Assembly (NCBI RefSeq): GCF_006345805.1
Contig: NC_043001.1
Span: forward strand, 123,566,001 to 123,630,000
Direction: 5' to 3'
Source of the DNA: Octopus sinensis
Taxonomy: Eukaryota
Length of the DNA stretch: 64,000 nucleotides
Part shown: one piece after another, positions 39,031 through 51,552 of the stretch
Layout: every line of letters starts with the position of its first letter
Position numbering within the stretch: the first letter of the stretch is position 1
Translations under genes and position numbers: made by a program
Notes under the pieces: model-generated
Told to the model about the DNA's origin: nothing
Seen by the model: only the letters and a program-made list of their open reading frames with translations
The model's database searches: none

Positions 39031-42000
39031 CCTTTCTACTGAAAGCTCAAGTCCTGAAATTTTTTTGTTGGCTGGGACTAGTCGACCCCAAAGTTTCACT
39101 CGTACAATTTTTCTCGGGGGAATTTGAACTTAGGATTAAAGCTAGCAATTTTGGAGGAAAGAGGTTAGTTAATTACATCGACGCTAGTGCGTGACTGATA
39201 CTTTATTTTGTCGATTCTAGAAAGATCAAGGACAAAGTTGGCCCCCTCGGAATTTGAACGCAGAACATAAAGAGCCAGAATAAATACCTCAACCGCTGTA
39301 GCGGTACTAATATTTACTTCAAACACAGGGAAATGACCATAAATTTTAGAGGAGGGGAACAATCGATTATATTGATCGAAGTACTCTCTTTATACTTATT
39401 TCATTTACACTGGAATGATAAAAAGCAAAGTTTCCTCGGTAGAATTTAAACTTAGAACGTAACGAACCATAACAAATACTTCAACGCATTTCGTTCGATG
39501 CATTAACGATTGACAACAAAAATATTTTCTCTTATTTTCCCACCCAAGCCATTTCCTACGTTAACAATAAATGACTTACAAATGTATAAGAGAAGCGTGT
39601 GGAGATACAGAGAGAATTATACAGAAAAGCTAAGTAAGGGAAATGATATGCAAAATATTTTAATAATTACACATTAATTACAAAACTAATTAAATGAATA
39701 GGTAGAATAAAGGTATAATTAAATGAATATGTAAAATGATGGTATAATTAAAAGAATGATATAATTTAAGAAAACAAGAAACGACAAGAGTAATTTTTCC
39801 CCTGACGCTTGAGAAATCTCTGGCTAGCTATATCTGATCAAGATGCGCACATCTCTAATCCCCTCTTTGTTGTACTCGAAATTGCTCTCTTCAAATTTGA
39901 GGAATTTGAGCCAGAGTACAAAAGGTCCTGATCATAATGAATATGAAATTCTTCGTAGCTTGCTTCTGTGGTTTTAATAAATACTTTGTCTTTCACATGA
40001 TCCGCGTAATCAAAGCTCATTTCCTTGGACACCCACTAGAGGACAAATTGAATATGTTCTTCAGTAGGTGCACATATGTGTACTTGTAAAGTTGCATCCC
40101 CTAATAGTTAGGGTGTTGGGTTGATGTTAAATTCCTGGACCGAGTGATGTATTGCATCTAATTTTACGTTTGCTCCTGTCTACTCATCACGACTTTTATG
40201 TCTACATATTTTGTGGGACACACTAGCTCAGCTTAACTCCTAACACCGCCTTCAGTTTAAAACACGCGACATATCACCTATCCTGCACAATAGACGACAT
40301 CTTTTTCAACGTACCGGAAAGGGCTACCTTCAACTATGGTTTTTGAAAGCGCTAAAACAGTTCCTGTAACACTGGAAATGCATAAATAAGTTACTTTTCT
40401 CCTTCTTTATATTGTGTATAGCATCAAGCAAAAACATGCTCGCTTTTGTTATAAAGTGCTGGCAGACAGTTGTTTCAGCCAGGATCTTATATCTATCATT
40501 CGTTGCTATTATTTGCGTTAGCAAAAGGTGAAACAGATTTCAGCTTGTATTGTTAACGTTATCCGTTATCATGCCAACATTCTCCGGTATTTTCGCTTGA
40601 TTAAATGTGCATGCAACTGATGATTGTATTCTTGTTAAGCATGTCGTTGGATTTATTCATATTAGTATAATTGTCTATAATAGTATCATAATTTTTTTTT
40701 CATTTAAATGCATGTGTTTTGTTGTAAAATATAAAATATACCCTTAGATATTTTGTGTGCGTCTAAACTACATCGATTTAGGTTTACTTATACTATTCAT
40801 TTCAGTAGGCGTTTCACGTCGCCGTATTAAGCATGCATGTAGAAAAGAAACAAAAGAAAAATTTCTTTCATCTAACACTTGTGTGGGATAATGTGTAGAT
40901 ACTTCAAGATTTTCCTGCGGGACAGAATCCTTAAGAGCAGTAAGAAAATACGACTCTGTTTCGGTGGAGATCTGATAATTTTAATTCTATTTTGACAATT
41001 CACAGTATCTGCTACAGATTCCAGGCATCTATGATAAGCGCCTTTGATTTCGGCTCCTTGTAAGAAACGTGATTCTATTAATGAGCTGTGGATTCTGCTC
41101 GGTGGTGAGATTAAAATTGCTAGATACCAAAATCCTTTTATATTACATGCACAAATCGTCCAACGTCTTCTCGATCATGGTTACTAAAGGCTTTGATTCT
41201 TAATCTACTGTTTCAGATTTTTACACATCGAAGAGTATTCTGCTTGAATTGCGACGAAGACGGCGTCAACAGCATATTGTTTCACATCTCGGAATGAACG
41301 GGTCGGAGCCATAATGAACGAATCGGGGATGGAAACAGGAGTACTCATTAAGCTTAAAATGTTACTGGGTTTTCACAGAGGCATACCTATGTTTGCTAGC
41401 TCCGACCAACAGTCCTATTGTTATGCTTGTAGTCAGGTTCGTATTAGACACCCAGGTAGTTAGAACTGGGACAAGTTTTCGTGTAGAGTGACCATCATTT
41501 TCACCGAGACGTTACCTGAGTTATAGCTATTTCCTGAAGGTCCGTTAAAAGTCACCACACCTACACTGGCTTCTTGTCGATTATCAATTTACCATCGTGT
41601 CTTGCGTCAAACGGATCCGGTCGAATTCGATGTGGTTTTGTTTGCAATCTGTGGAAAGGAGCTGATCAGAACGACCATATGCTACAAACTTTCATTGCAC
41701 TGAAAATATTGCCTGTTGTCCTGTTGTGGATATCGATGATGCACAAAAAAGAACTGAAACTGCGATATCATGACTAATAGTGAACACTCAGCAGCTGAGG
41801 GTGTGTCTTGCAAGGTAAGTCTTGCTGTAGCTCGTATTTTTAACAGAGTGAAAATGTAGGGTCAAGCATATATCAAAGTTGTGAGGTTGGCCTTTCAAAA
41901 TTGTGAACCACTCACAGCCTTTCACAAATCGAGCAATAGGAATTTGAAACTTCAGTGACTGTTCCATTCTGTAAAGCGTCAATACCTGGTATGAATGACG

Positions 42001-42419
42001 ATAATCTGGGCGTCGCAGAAGATCGACTGACTAGTTTCGTCTTGAGGAATTTTATCGCAGGGATTATGATCAAACTCCCTATCCTAGGCGTAATAACTGG
42101 ACGAATAGATAATTCGAGATAAACACTAAAGTCACAGCAGTTCCCTAAATTGGGACTCTCCGATGTGCATGAAGAAACCAAACTGTTCTCCATGCTGTTA
42201 CTTATTTGATTTGCATTTAATAATATAAAAAAAAGAGCTAAGAAAACAAAGGCAGGTTTCTTGCAGGTAATTTGTATCTTTCATATAATGTGCGGGTGTG
42301 CTTAGTTCTTGTCTCCAGATTATCCATCAGTCTGTGTTTGGTGCGCGTTATCAAAATTACCATTCCTATCATTTCGGAAGCAAATTAATGAAGACTTTCT
42401 TAGCTGATAAGTGACTTAA

Positions 42420-42437
42420 ATAGTACACACACACACA

Positions 42438-42488
<51 letters not shown>

Positions 42489-42671
42489 ACACACTCACAC
42501 TTTTGTTTATAAGTTTGTATGTAGGCATATACACACAATATATATTTGTGAGCCAATGTTTGTAAACGACATATGTGCATACACACACACATACATATAT
42601 ATATATATATCTATATCTATATATATATATATCTATATGTATATATATATATATATGTATACATATATGTA

Positions 42672-42726
<55 letters not shown>

Positions 42727-42731
42727 ATATA

Positions 42732-42777
<46 letters not shown>

Positions 42778-42886
42778 GGTACATATATGTATATATGTAA
42801 ATATAGCATTTATTGAATATAGAAATATACTTTAAAGGTATGTATTTTTATGTGTATATGTACTTATGTGTATATATATATATATG

Positions 42887-42948
<62 letters not shown>

Positions 42949-43041
42949 CAGAGGTACATATATGTATATATGTAATATAGCATTTATTGAATATAGAAAT
43001 ATACTTTATAAGGTATGTATTTTTATGTGTATATGTACTTA

Positions 43042-43086
<45 letters not shown>

Positions 43087-43424
43087 ATATATATATGTAT
43101 AGATATATAATATATTATATTGTGTATATATATGTATACACGCATATATATATATGTGTGTGTGTGTGTGTATACATAGAAGAGGAGTGAGAGAGAGAGT
43201 GGGGGGAGAAACATGAGATAGATAGTTTTTTTCCTTATCACTAATATTGATTAAACCGTACAGCAACTTTACAAAACTGTCAGCAAGATACTTCCTTTCG
43301 GTAAATTACTGATGAAGTGAACCTAAATAATAAATTACACCAACTTCAACCTTAAATATGGAAGTCTTTAATAACAATGCTGATAATGCTAACGATGATG
43401 ATGATGATGATGATGATGATAATG

Positions 43425-43515
<91 letters not shown>

Positions 43516-43520
43516 TGATG

Positions 43521-43551
<31 letters not shown>

Positions 43552-43598
43552 CAATAATAATAATGATAACAAGAACAACAACAACAATAATAATGATA

Positions 43599-43630
<32 letters not shown>

Positions 43631-43730
43631 AAAGATGAATGATGATGATAAAGATGAATGATGATGATGATGATGACAAAGTGTACGTTATTGATGCTGA
43701 TGCTGATGATCATGATTATGATGATGATAA
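42420..43730. repeat. CA/TA microsatellites with a 175-bp tandem duplication (42774/42949), then a GAT/AAT trinucleotide tract
   Basis: Directly visible. Confidence 0.9.
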
Positions 43731-44997
43731 TTATACAATTAAGACGGTAATATATATATATGGCAAACACGCCGCAACGAAGTTGTCAACCCTGATTTCA
43801 ACGCTGACAAAAATGTCCGCATTGTATAACCTCTATTAAGAAGCTTCTTTTAACGGAACGTTCATGATTACGATCGTCTGGAATATGTTTGACAGCAGAG
43901 ATAAATAGAATTTAACAAAGTCTCATCAACAAGTATTAAGCTAATCGATAGGAAAACATGTCATGTTATTGAACAAAGCTTTAATATAATGATATCATAT
44001 TTACATGACATTCAGTACAAAACACACACACACAAGTTCTCTCTCTCTCTCTCTCTCTGTATATATATATATGTGTGTGTGTGTATGTATGTATATATAT
44101 ATATATATTTCACTTCCTCTGACTGTCTCCGTGCTGCAGTATTTCTCTTTCCTTGCTTTCTTCCTCTCTTTCACTCAGCTCCTCTTTCACTTTCCAATTC
44201 TTGTTAACTATTGTCAATACAAATATATATATATATATATAATATATATATATAGACTTACTCACACAATACGTACACACTTCCATGATACATAAATATA
44301 TAAGCTCACACACATACATATACGTACGTATATATTTATAAAACTAAATAATTATTCGTTTTTATTAATATTTATTAAATATCTTGGCGCACAAACATGT
44401 TTTTCTATACGTACAGACATGTATACACATAATTCATAAGCCAATTAACAACTTCGTTTCTATGGCAAATCCCTAACTGTAGGATTGTTGATTGTACATT
44501 TGTTTCGAACTCAGAAGTCGTGCATCCTGGTAAGAAAAGCCAAATGACTATAATAATTAATACATCCTCGGGATAATTTAGAAGCATCTGAAGTAAGGGA
44601 TCGAAATGGAACAAAGAAGCGGAAAACAATCCTCCGGAATACGCCGACACTATAAAGCCGATATGATATTCCCAAAATATTTTACAAATGAAGAATATAC
44701 AAACGACTTGAAAAATACAAAACTGACATTTTTCTGCTGTAATTAAAAATTCACAGCTTAATATTTACTAAAATAACCCATTTGGTTATCCAGGTAGGGC
44801 AGTATCAATTCTGCCTAAATCCGTATTTATTACTAACCCTTGGCCCGTCCTTCGAATTACATACACTATATGGGACATATTTTCCTGGCATCCATGCTTC
44901 ATATATGATACACATTGCAAATGATTTTCAACTACTAGTATAACTTGGGAGTTCGTTATATTACTAAGAAAGTATGAAATAAGGGCTAACTAAATAG

Positions 44998-45235
44998 GTG
45001 CAGGCGTGGCTGCGTGGTAAGAAGCTTGCTTCTCAATCACATGGTTCCGGGTTCAGTCCCAATACGTAGCAATTTGGGTGTCCACTTAACTCAGCGTTTC
45101 GGCTAAGGAGACTGGTTGTATAAGTACCAGGCTTAAGAAAGGAGAAATACTGGGGACGATTCATTCAACTAATATTCTTTAAGATGGGGTCCCAGCATAG
45201 CCACTGTCTAATGAGTGAAGCAAGTAAGAGATAAA
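44998..45235 (+). mobile_element. group B SINE head joined to a decayed tail
   Basis: GCAGGCGTGGCTGCGTGGTAAGAAGCTTGC..GGTTCAGTCCC; tail-like CCAGCATAGCC.. Confidence 0.7.
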
Positions 45236-46141
45236 AAAATAAAAGATAAATATGTGAAAACAGTTTAAAATTCTTTGCGCATGCAAATGGTTATATAAAT
45301 TAAATCAAAATGATTCATATTCCATTATGAAAATGGTAATTTAATGCACGAAATTCTGTGTATAATTCAGTAAATGGTAACTATTTACGCCAGACAGCAG
45401 CAAATTCTCTTGTACTGAATATGCTGAATATTCCCCGGAGGAAATTTCCCTGAGTCATATTGGTGACTTTCCACAGCCTATTTCTATCATTTGTCAAACC
45501 TCACGAAGGCTTTACCGCATTTCGAGTTTCTTGAGAACTTGACATATCTTGGACCTTATAAGTGAGAGTAAAAAAGAGAATACTTACACACACACACATA
45601 CACACAAACACACACACTCACACACACACATTCTGTTTCTTTCTCTCTTCCTCTGTCTTTTCTGCTTTCTTCCGCTTTCCCCCACTTCCTGCCTCCTTTC
45701 CGACCATTGATCTCTCACTCTTTCTCTCAACTACTTATCATATGTATGCATCTCTTCTCTATTATTAGCTGAAGTACTTCCTCAAGAACTCAATATGGAC
45801 CCTTTTTCTCTTTCCAGTTGCACTCGCTGTACGACTGCTTTGTACCATTTGTTCTATTTTACTTTTATCTTAAACGACAAACGTTTCCTTCTTATTGTAA
45901 AATAATGTTATATTCAACTTTACCGTAAGTAGGCCAATGTTTTTCATTCTTGTAACCACTAGATTCAACCATACATAAATTTTTCTGCTTCTGTGGTATC
46001 TTCCTCATACCTCTACCACTTCGTTATCACATACAAATCTCATATATCTTAGTTGGAATTTGTGTCCAAATTATGCAAATACATACACAAAACCACAAAG
46101 TTATTACATATCTATCTATCTACCTACATTCACACACACAC

Positions 46142-46179
<38 letters not shown>

Positions 46180-46216
46180 GTATAAATATATATATGAATA
46201 TACATATGTATATATA

Positions 46217-46280
<64 letters not shown>

Positions 46281-46822
46281 AACATAAATGCGTGTGTTTG
46301 TATGCGAGTGTCTGTGTGTGACTTGTGCGTGTTGTATGTGTACCGAATGTTTCAAATATAGATTTTTAAACAAGAATTAATGATCGATATATAATGACAT
46401 GTCTCGTACGAGAAGTTAGCCAATCATCTCTTTCAAATAAGACAGGCACGAAACCTATTCTACACTAGAATCATTGCAAAATTTCTCAACCAAATTAAGA
46501 TACAAATATCTACCTGTCATGCAGTGACGTTTTGTCACTACTGTGTCACTGCTTAACTCAATGTAACAGGATCTCCCACCTTAATTGGATATATTGACAG
46601 GGATGCATAATATAGGTATAATAAATATGTGTATAAATACATAAATACAAACATACATACATGCATACACATATTGACACACACACACATATATAATATA
46701 TATACGTGTGTGTGTATATATATGTATAGGTATATATATATATATATATATATATTTATAGATGTATTTATATATACATACACGCATATTATATATATAT
46801 ACATATATACATAGATGCATGC

Positions 46823-46853
<31 letters not shown>

Positions 46854-47094
46854 ATATATATAATATATCCCTATAAATTTTTTAAGTTCTTTTACGGAAG
46901 ACATTTTTGAATACGCATATAAAAGATTCTATTTTATTATGACGGCTACGGGCTAACGATACCAACTTGCAATAGCAGTTTTGTGGTGTTGTACCGAGCT
47001 GCGACGATATAATGTGGGGTAAATATGGTAATAATAATAATAATAATCATAATAATGATAATAACGATATGGATGTAATTTATAAATATTTTAC

Positions 47095-47536
47095 TGCAAC
47101 CGCTACGCATGTTTCCACGAATCACATGTTTCTTATGATCATAGTTTGTATTCCTGGGATGATTACAGTAAATCTGTAATACCCATGGATATCAGGTGGA
47201 TCTCAGTTCATTTCATCCCTACCCATCCCTACATATGCACACACAAATATCAAAACAAGTCTAGCCTCCCCACATATTCCCCCGGCTCTCTCTTCGTTAC
47301 CTTCTATTCCCTACCAAATACACACAGAACCTTTCGATTAGTGAATATTGATAAACATCCTTCAGTTATATATTCCTTGCTTCCAACTTTAATACCATAT
47401 CGCCTGATGAAATCAGCATATGAACTAAGATCCACCTGATGTCCACGGATATTACTAATTGTATTGTAATCACTTCAGGAATACGGACTATGGTCGCAAG
47501 AAACAAACGATTTGCGGAAACGCGCGTAGCGATGCA
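47095..47536. repeat. fold-back element, about 117-bp inverted arms with about 208-bp spacer
   Basis: 47095-47211 is the reverse complement of 47420-47536, with scattered mismatches. Confidence 0.85.
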
Positions 47537-47616
47537 TTCAAGTATATATAAATTCCATCCATGGGTTATTATTTCCCTCTCTCGCTCTCTCTCTCTCTCT
47601 CTCGCTCTCTCTCTCG

Positions 47617-47653
<37 letters not shown>

Positions 47654-47685
47654 CACATACATACATATATATATATATATATACA

Positions 47686-48109
47686 TATCACGTGATCACG
47701 TGACCGACCAGTCCATCAGATGTAGTTACACATTGCTGGTCACAATGCGTTCGCATTGTTTTACCCTTCGAATGACGCCTTCCCCGCTGGCTAAGCGAGC
47801 AGGCCAACAGAAGAAAGAGTGGGAGAAAGAGTGGTGAAAGAGTACAGCAGGGATCACCAGCCCCTGTCGGAGTCTCGTGGAGCTTTAGGTGTTTTCACTC
47901 AATAAACACTCACAACGCCCGGTCTGGGAATCGAAACCGCGATCCTACGACCGCGATCCGCTGCCCTAAACACTGGGCCATTGCGCCTCCACCATACATA
48001 TATATATATATGTATGTAGATATATGTATGTATATAAATTTATATATATATATACACACACACACATATATATATATAATATATATATATTATATATAAT
48101 ATATATATA

Positions 48110-48149
<40 letters not shown>

Positions 48150-48448
48150 GAATATACACACATATATATATATACATATCACGTGATCACGTGACCGACC
48201 AGTCCATCAGATGTAGTTACACATTGCTGGTCACAATGCGTTCGCATTGTTTTACCCTTCGAATGACGCCTTCCCCGCTGGCTAAGCGAGCAGGCCAACA
48301 GAAGAAAGAGTGGGAGAAAGAGTGGTGAAAGAGTACAGCAGGGATCACCAGCCCCTGTCGGAGCCTCACAACGCCCGGTCTGGGAATCGAAACCGCGATC
48401 CTACGACCGCGATCCGCTGCCCTAACCACTGGGCCATTGCGCCTCCAC
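47686..48448 (-). mobile_element. two tandem group C SINEs, tail type 3 (47686-47992, 48177-48448)
   Basis: Same tRNA head; tail ends GGTCGGTCACGTGATCACGTGAT; 491-bp period. Confidence 0.9.
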
Positions 48449-48524
48449 ACATACATATATATATATATGTATGTAGATATATGTATGTATATAAATTTAT
48501 ATATATATATATACCACACACATA

Positions 48525-48585
<61 letters not shown>

Positions 48586-48673
48586 AGATATATACACATA
48601 TATATATACATATATATTTTAAATAAAGATTTCTCCTTTGTTTTTTTTCTCTCCGCATTGATTTTCTCTCAAC

Positions 48674-48709
48674 CAATTCTGTCGAAAAGCTAGGCTCGAA
48701 ACGTCAATG
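48674..48709 (+). ncRNA. hammerhead-like motif, A6U variant
   Basis: CAATT-CTGTCGA-AAAGCTAGGCTC-GAAAC-GTC-AATG. Confidence 0.42.
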
Positions 48710-48936
48710 ACTTTTCCATCTTCTGAGAGTCAAACTAATACACCTGCTTGTTGTTCCCTCACCTGTCTTCCTCTTTAGTTTTCTGTAAATTCTAACTATA
48801 TATATATATTATATATATATATATATATAATTATATATATAAATTTAATATCAGGGTAATTAAGATTTTAAAATGTTTTACTACCAGTGGCCTTGCGTAA
48901 AGAAAGATTAGTCAATAGACTATATATTATTCATAT

Positions 48937-49100
48937 AAAATACAATGTACATTTAAACGTATTAAGAGATTTCCATCATCGGAATCCCGTACGCTAGAAA
49001 GAACAGCTAAAGCTAAGGTTTGGACTTTAGCTGTTCTTTCTAATGTAACATATTCATATGATGGAAACCTCTTAATGTTTTTAAATGTACACTGTATTTT
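48937..49100. repeat. 164-bp hairpin (76-bp arms, 12-nt loop)
   Basis: 48937-49012 pairs with 49025-49100; the innermost 17 bp (TAGAAAGAACAGCTAAAG region) are perfect. Confidence 0.88.
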
Positions 49101-50991
49101 ATATATATATATATATATATATATTTCTTGCCAACCTTTCATGTCACTGTGTGTATTGTGAATATGGCTATTTAAGTCTTTATAAATCGATAACCCAGTG
49201 GTTCTTATGAGTGCGACTGAAAATGCTTCTTTCAAGTGATACGTTGTATAATAATCGTCTTGGGCGATCCCACAGATCCCTTTTCAAACAATACTTGTCA
49301 CTGGAGCTGAACTCAGCTTCACAAGGAACAACTTTATAGCGATGCCATTAATGAGCGGTGATGTTGACTCTTTGATTCGTTGGTAGACACAGTTTATGCT
49401 CTCATATTTGGGGACTACAGTCTTCTCCTTACTCCTCGCTTTTCTCTCGATATTCGCAGTATGTATGTATTTACGCATGGAATCAACAAGGCAGGTGTAC
49501 TAACAAGCACATAGGCAAACATACACACACACACACACACACACGTATCAATACTGTAGTGCATAAACACTAATAGATGTAGCATATCGTGAGAGTGAGT
49601 GGAGAGTAAGCTAACAACGAAGTTCAGGAGTAATAAAAGAAAAAATTGTCACATCTTCGATTAAAAGAATAAATTCTACTACACGAATTATGTTAACGAC
49701 TTAAACTCTACGACGTTTCGTATGAGAATATCCTGTCCCGTTTCTAATTTGTAAGTATCTAAGAACAATCTACACCAATAGAAATACATTCGTGGGCAGT
49801 GTTTCCGATCTCCGGTTAAGAAATCTAGCAGTTGCTTCAAGTACTATAAGTTTTCCCGGTACCGTAACCTTTCCGCCAAGATCGTGAAATAATATTGCAT
49901 GAAACTTTTGCCTGAAACCACCTAAGTAACACCAAAATTATTTCACCTTTCTTTCTTGGCACTAATGAGAGCAAATCGAAGCGAATCATAAGTTAAATGC
50001 ATCGTTGAAATTCTTCTACTCTTCGAAACAATGTCAATTGTATCATATTCTTTTACTAACAGCTACTGTATTGTATTTTGAATCTTGAAATCCTCGCTCA
50101 CTTCACCACCAGGACACATGCGAACTTCAAGAACCAATATGGAATTCAATGAAAGACATGTTTCAAGGGAAAATTTTAAAATCTTTTCGAATCGGTAGAA
50201 ATTATCTATTTTTTTTAAATGCAGTTTTGGCGTATAATCACACATTTAACCATAAGGTTTTGACATATATATATATAACCTATGAAGTATATCTACAGAA
50301 ATAAGTTTTCTTCATTAAGAAGAAGGAGGCATGGTTTCACTTAGCTGTTGCATTTGTTCCGAGGGTTGGAATGTGAATTGGAAACTGCTTTTATAGATGG
50401 GATAAACTCCAGTGTTGTTATTTGAAATGTACAATTATAATTTCTGAATGTTTTAAAGGGAATGCTTCGACTCAGTAAGTGTGTCTTTTTGGAGCTGCTG
50501 CCCTAAAACGTGGTTATCTTTGAAATAGAACTAGCTGTATGTGCGTCTGATAATGCGGACAAAACACGAGTAACTCTCATTCATTCAATGCGATTTGAGT
50601 GATTATTATTCGTTTCTATAATCGTCCCGTTTCTTCATCGCCATTGAAGTAAACATTATTGCTCCTATAAATGAGTCACAGGTGTTTCACTGTGGGATAA
50701 TTACCATGTAATTTAAACCAACATCCTTTAGGCCATTTCGGATGCCGAAACATAGAAATTATTAATATATTTCCATCAACTTTATCTGTCATTACGCTTT
50801 GTCCCTGGACATTGATTTCATTCGCAATGATCACTGTTACATAGTCATAACATTTATAGCATATTTTAGTGCTCCACCAGCTACATATACGTCTACATTG
50901 AAAAGACCACCACGTGTAACAGTAAAATATTTAGACATGGTACTGCTCATCGATTATCGAAATCCATATTCGAAATTTGAAATAAAATTGT

Positions 50992-51552
50992 CCGATAGTT
51001 ATTACCGATATTCTTTCCTTCCTCTAACCTTACTATCTCAGTCAGTAAACTCTTGGCTATTTCCAGCGGACAATGAAGATATACGGAGATGTACTTGCAT
51101 AGCAAATGACATGATCTGAGATCGTGTCCTGGGACGAAAACAAAAGCAGCGTGGAAGGTGTATATAAGCCATTTAAGAAACACACAGAAACCGTTAGATT
51201 CACTTCAAGATTTAAATTTAATTTGTAAAAATATCTTCGTCGCTATGAGACCGTGACCTGTTCACTGACAAAATTCCGTGCTGCATATGAGCGGTCTCAA
51301 AGCGACGAAAATATTTTGACAAATTAATTCAAATGTTGAAGTGAATCTGACGGTTTTTGTGTATTTCTTAAATGGATTTTAAACACCTTCCACGCTGCAA
51401 TTGTTTTCGTCCCAGCACACGATATCAGATCAAGTCGCTTGCTATGCAAGTACATCTCCGTATATCTTCCTTGTCCGCTGGAAATAGCCAAGAGTTTACT
51501 GACTCAGATAGTAAGTTTAAAGGAAGGAAAGAATATCGGTAATGACTATCGG
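50992..51552. repeat. 560-bp palindrome (about 262-bp arms, 38-nt loop)
   Basis: CCGATAGTTATTACCGATATTCTTTCC.. pairs with ..GGAAAGAATATCGGTAATGACTATCGG along the whole arm. Confidence 0.93.
51222..51272 (-). ncRNA. hammerhead-like motif with G3:C8 swapped core
   Basis: TTTGTCA-GTGAACA-G-GTCAC-GGTCTCATA-GCGAC-GAA-GATATT-T-TTACAAA; the partner arm (+, 51292-51323) reads GCGAC-GAA-AATATT-T-TGACAAA. Confidence 0.5.

Noticed and set aside
40955-41010. FGG..QF as PIF1 helicase motif III
   Set aside because: Poor match and about 200 codons from the RQTDP-like motif, which is too far
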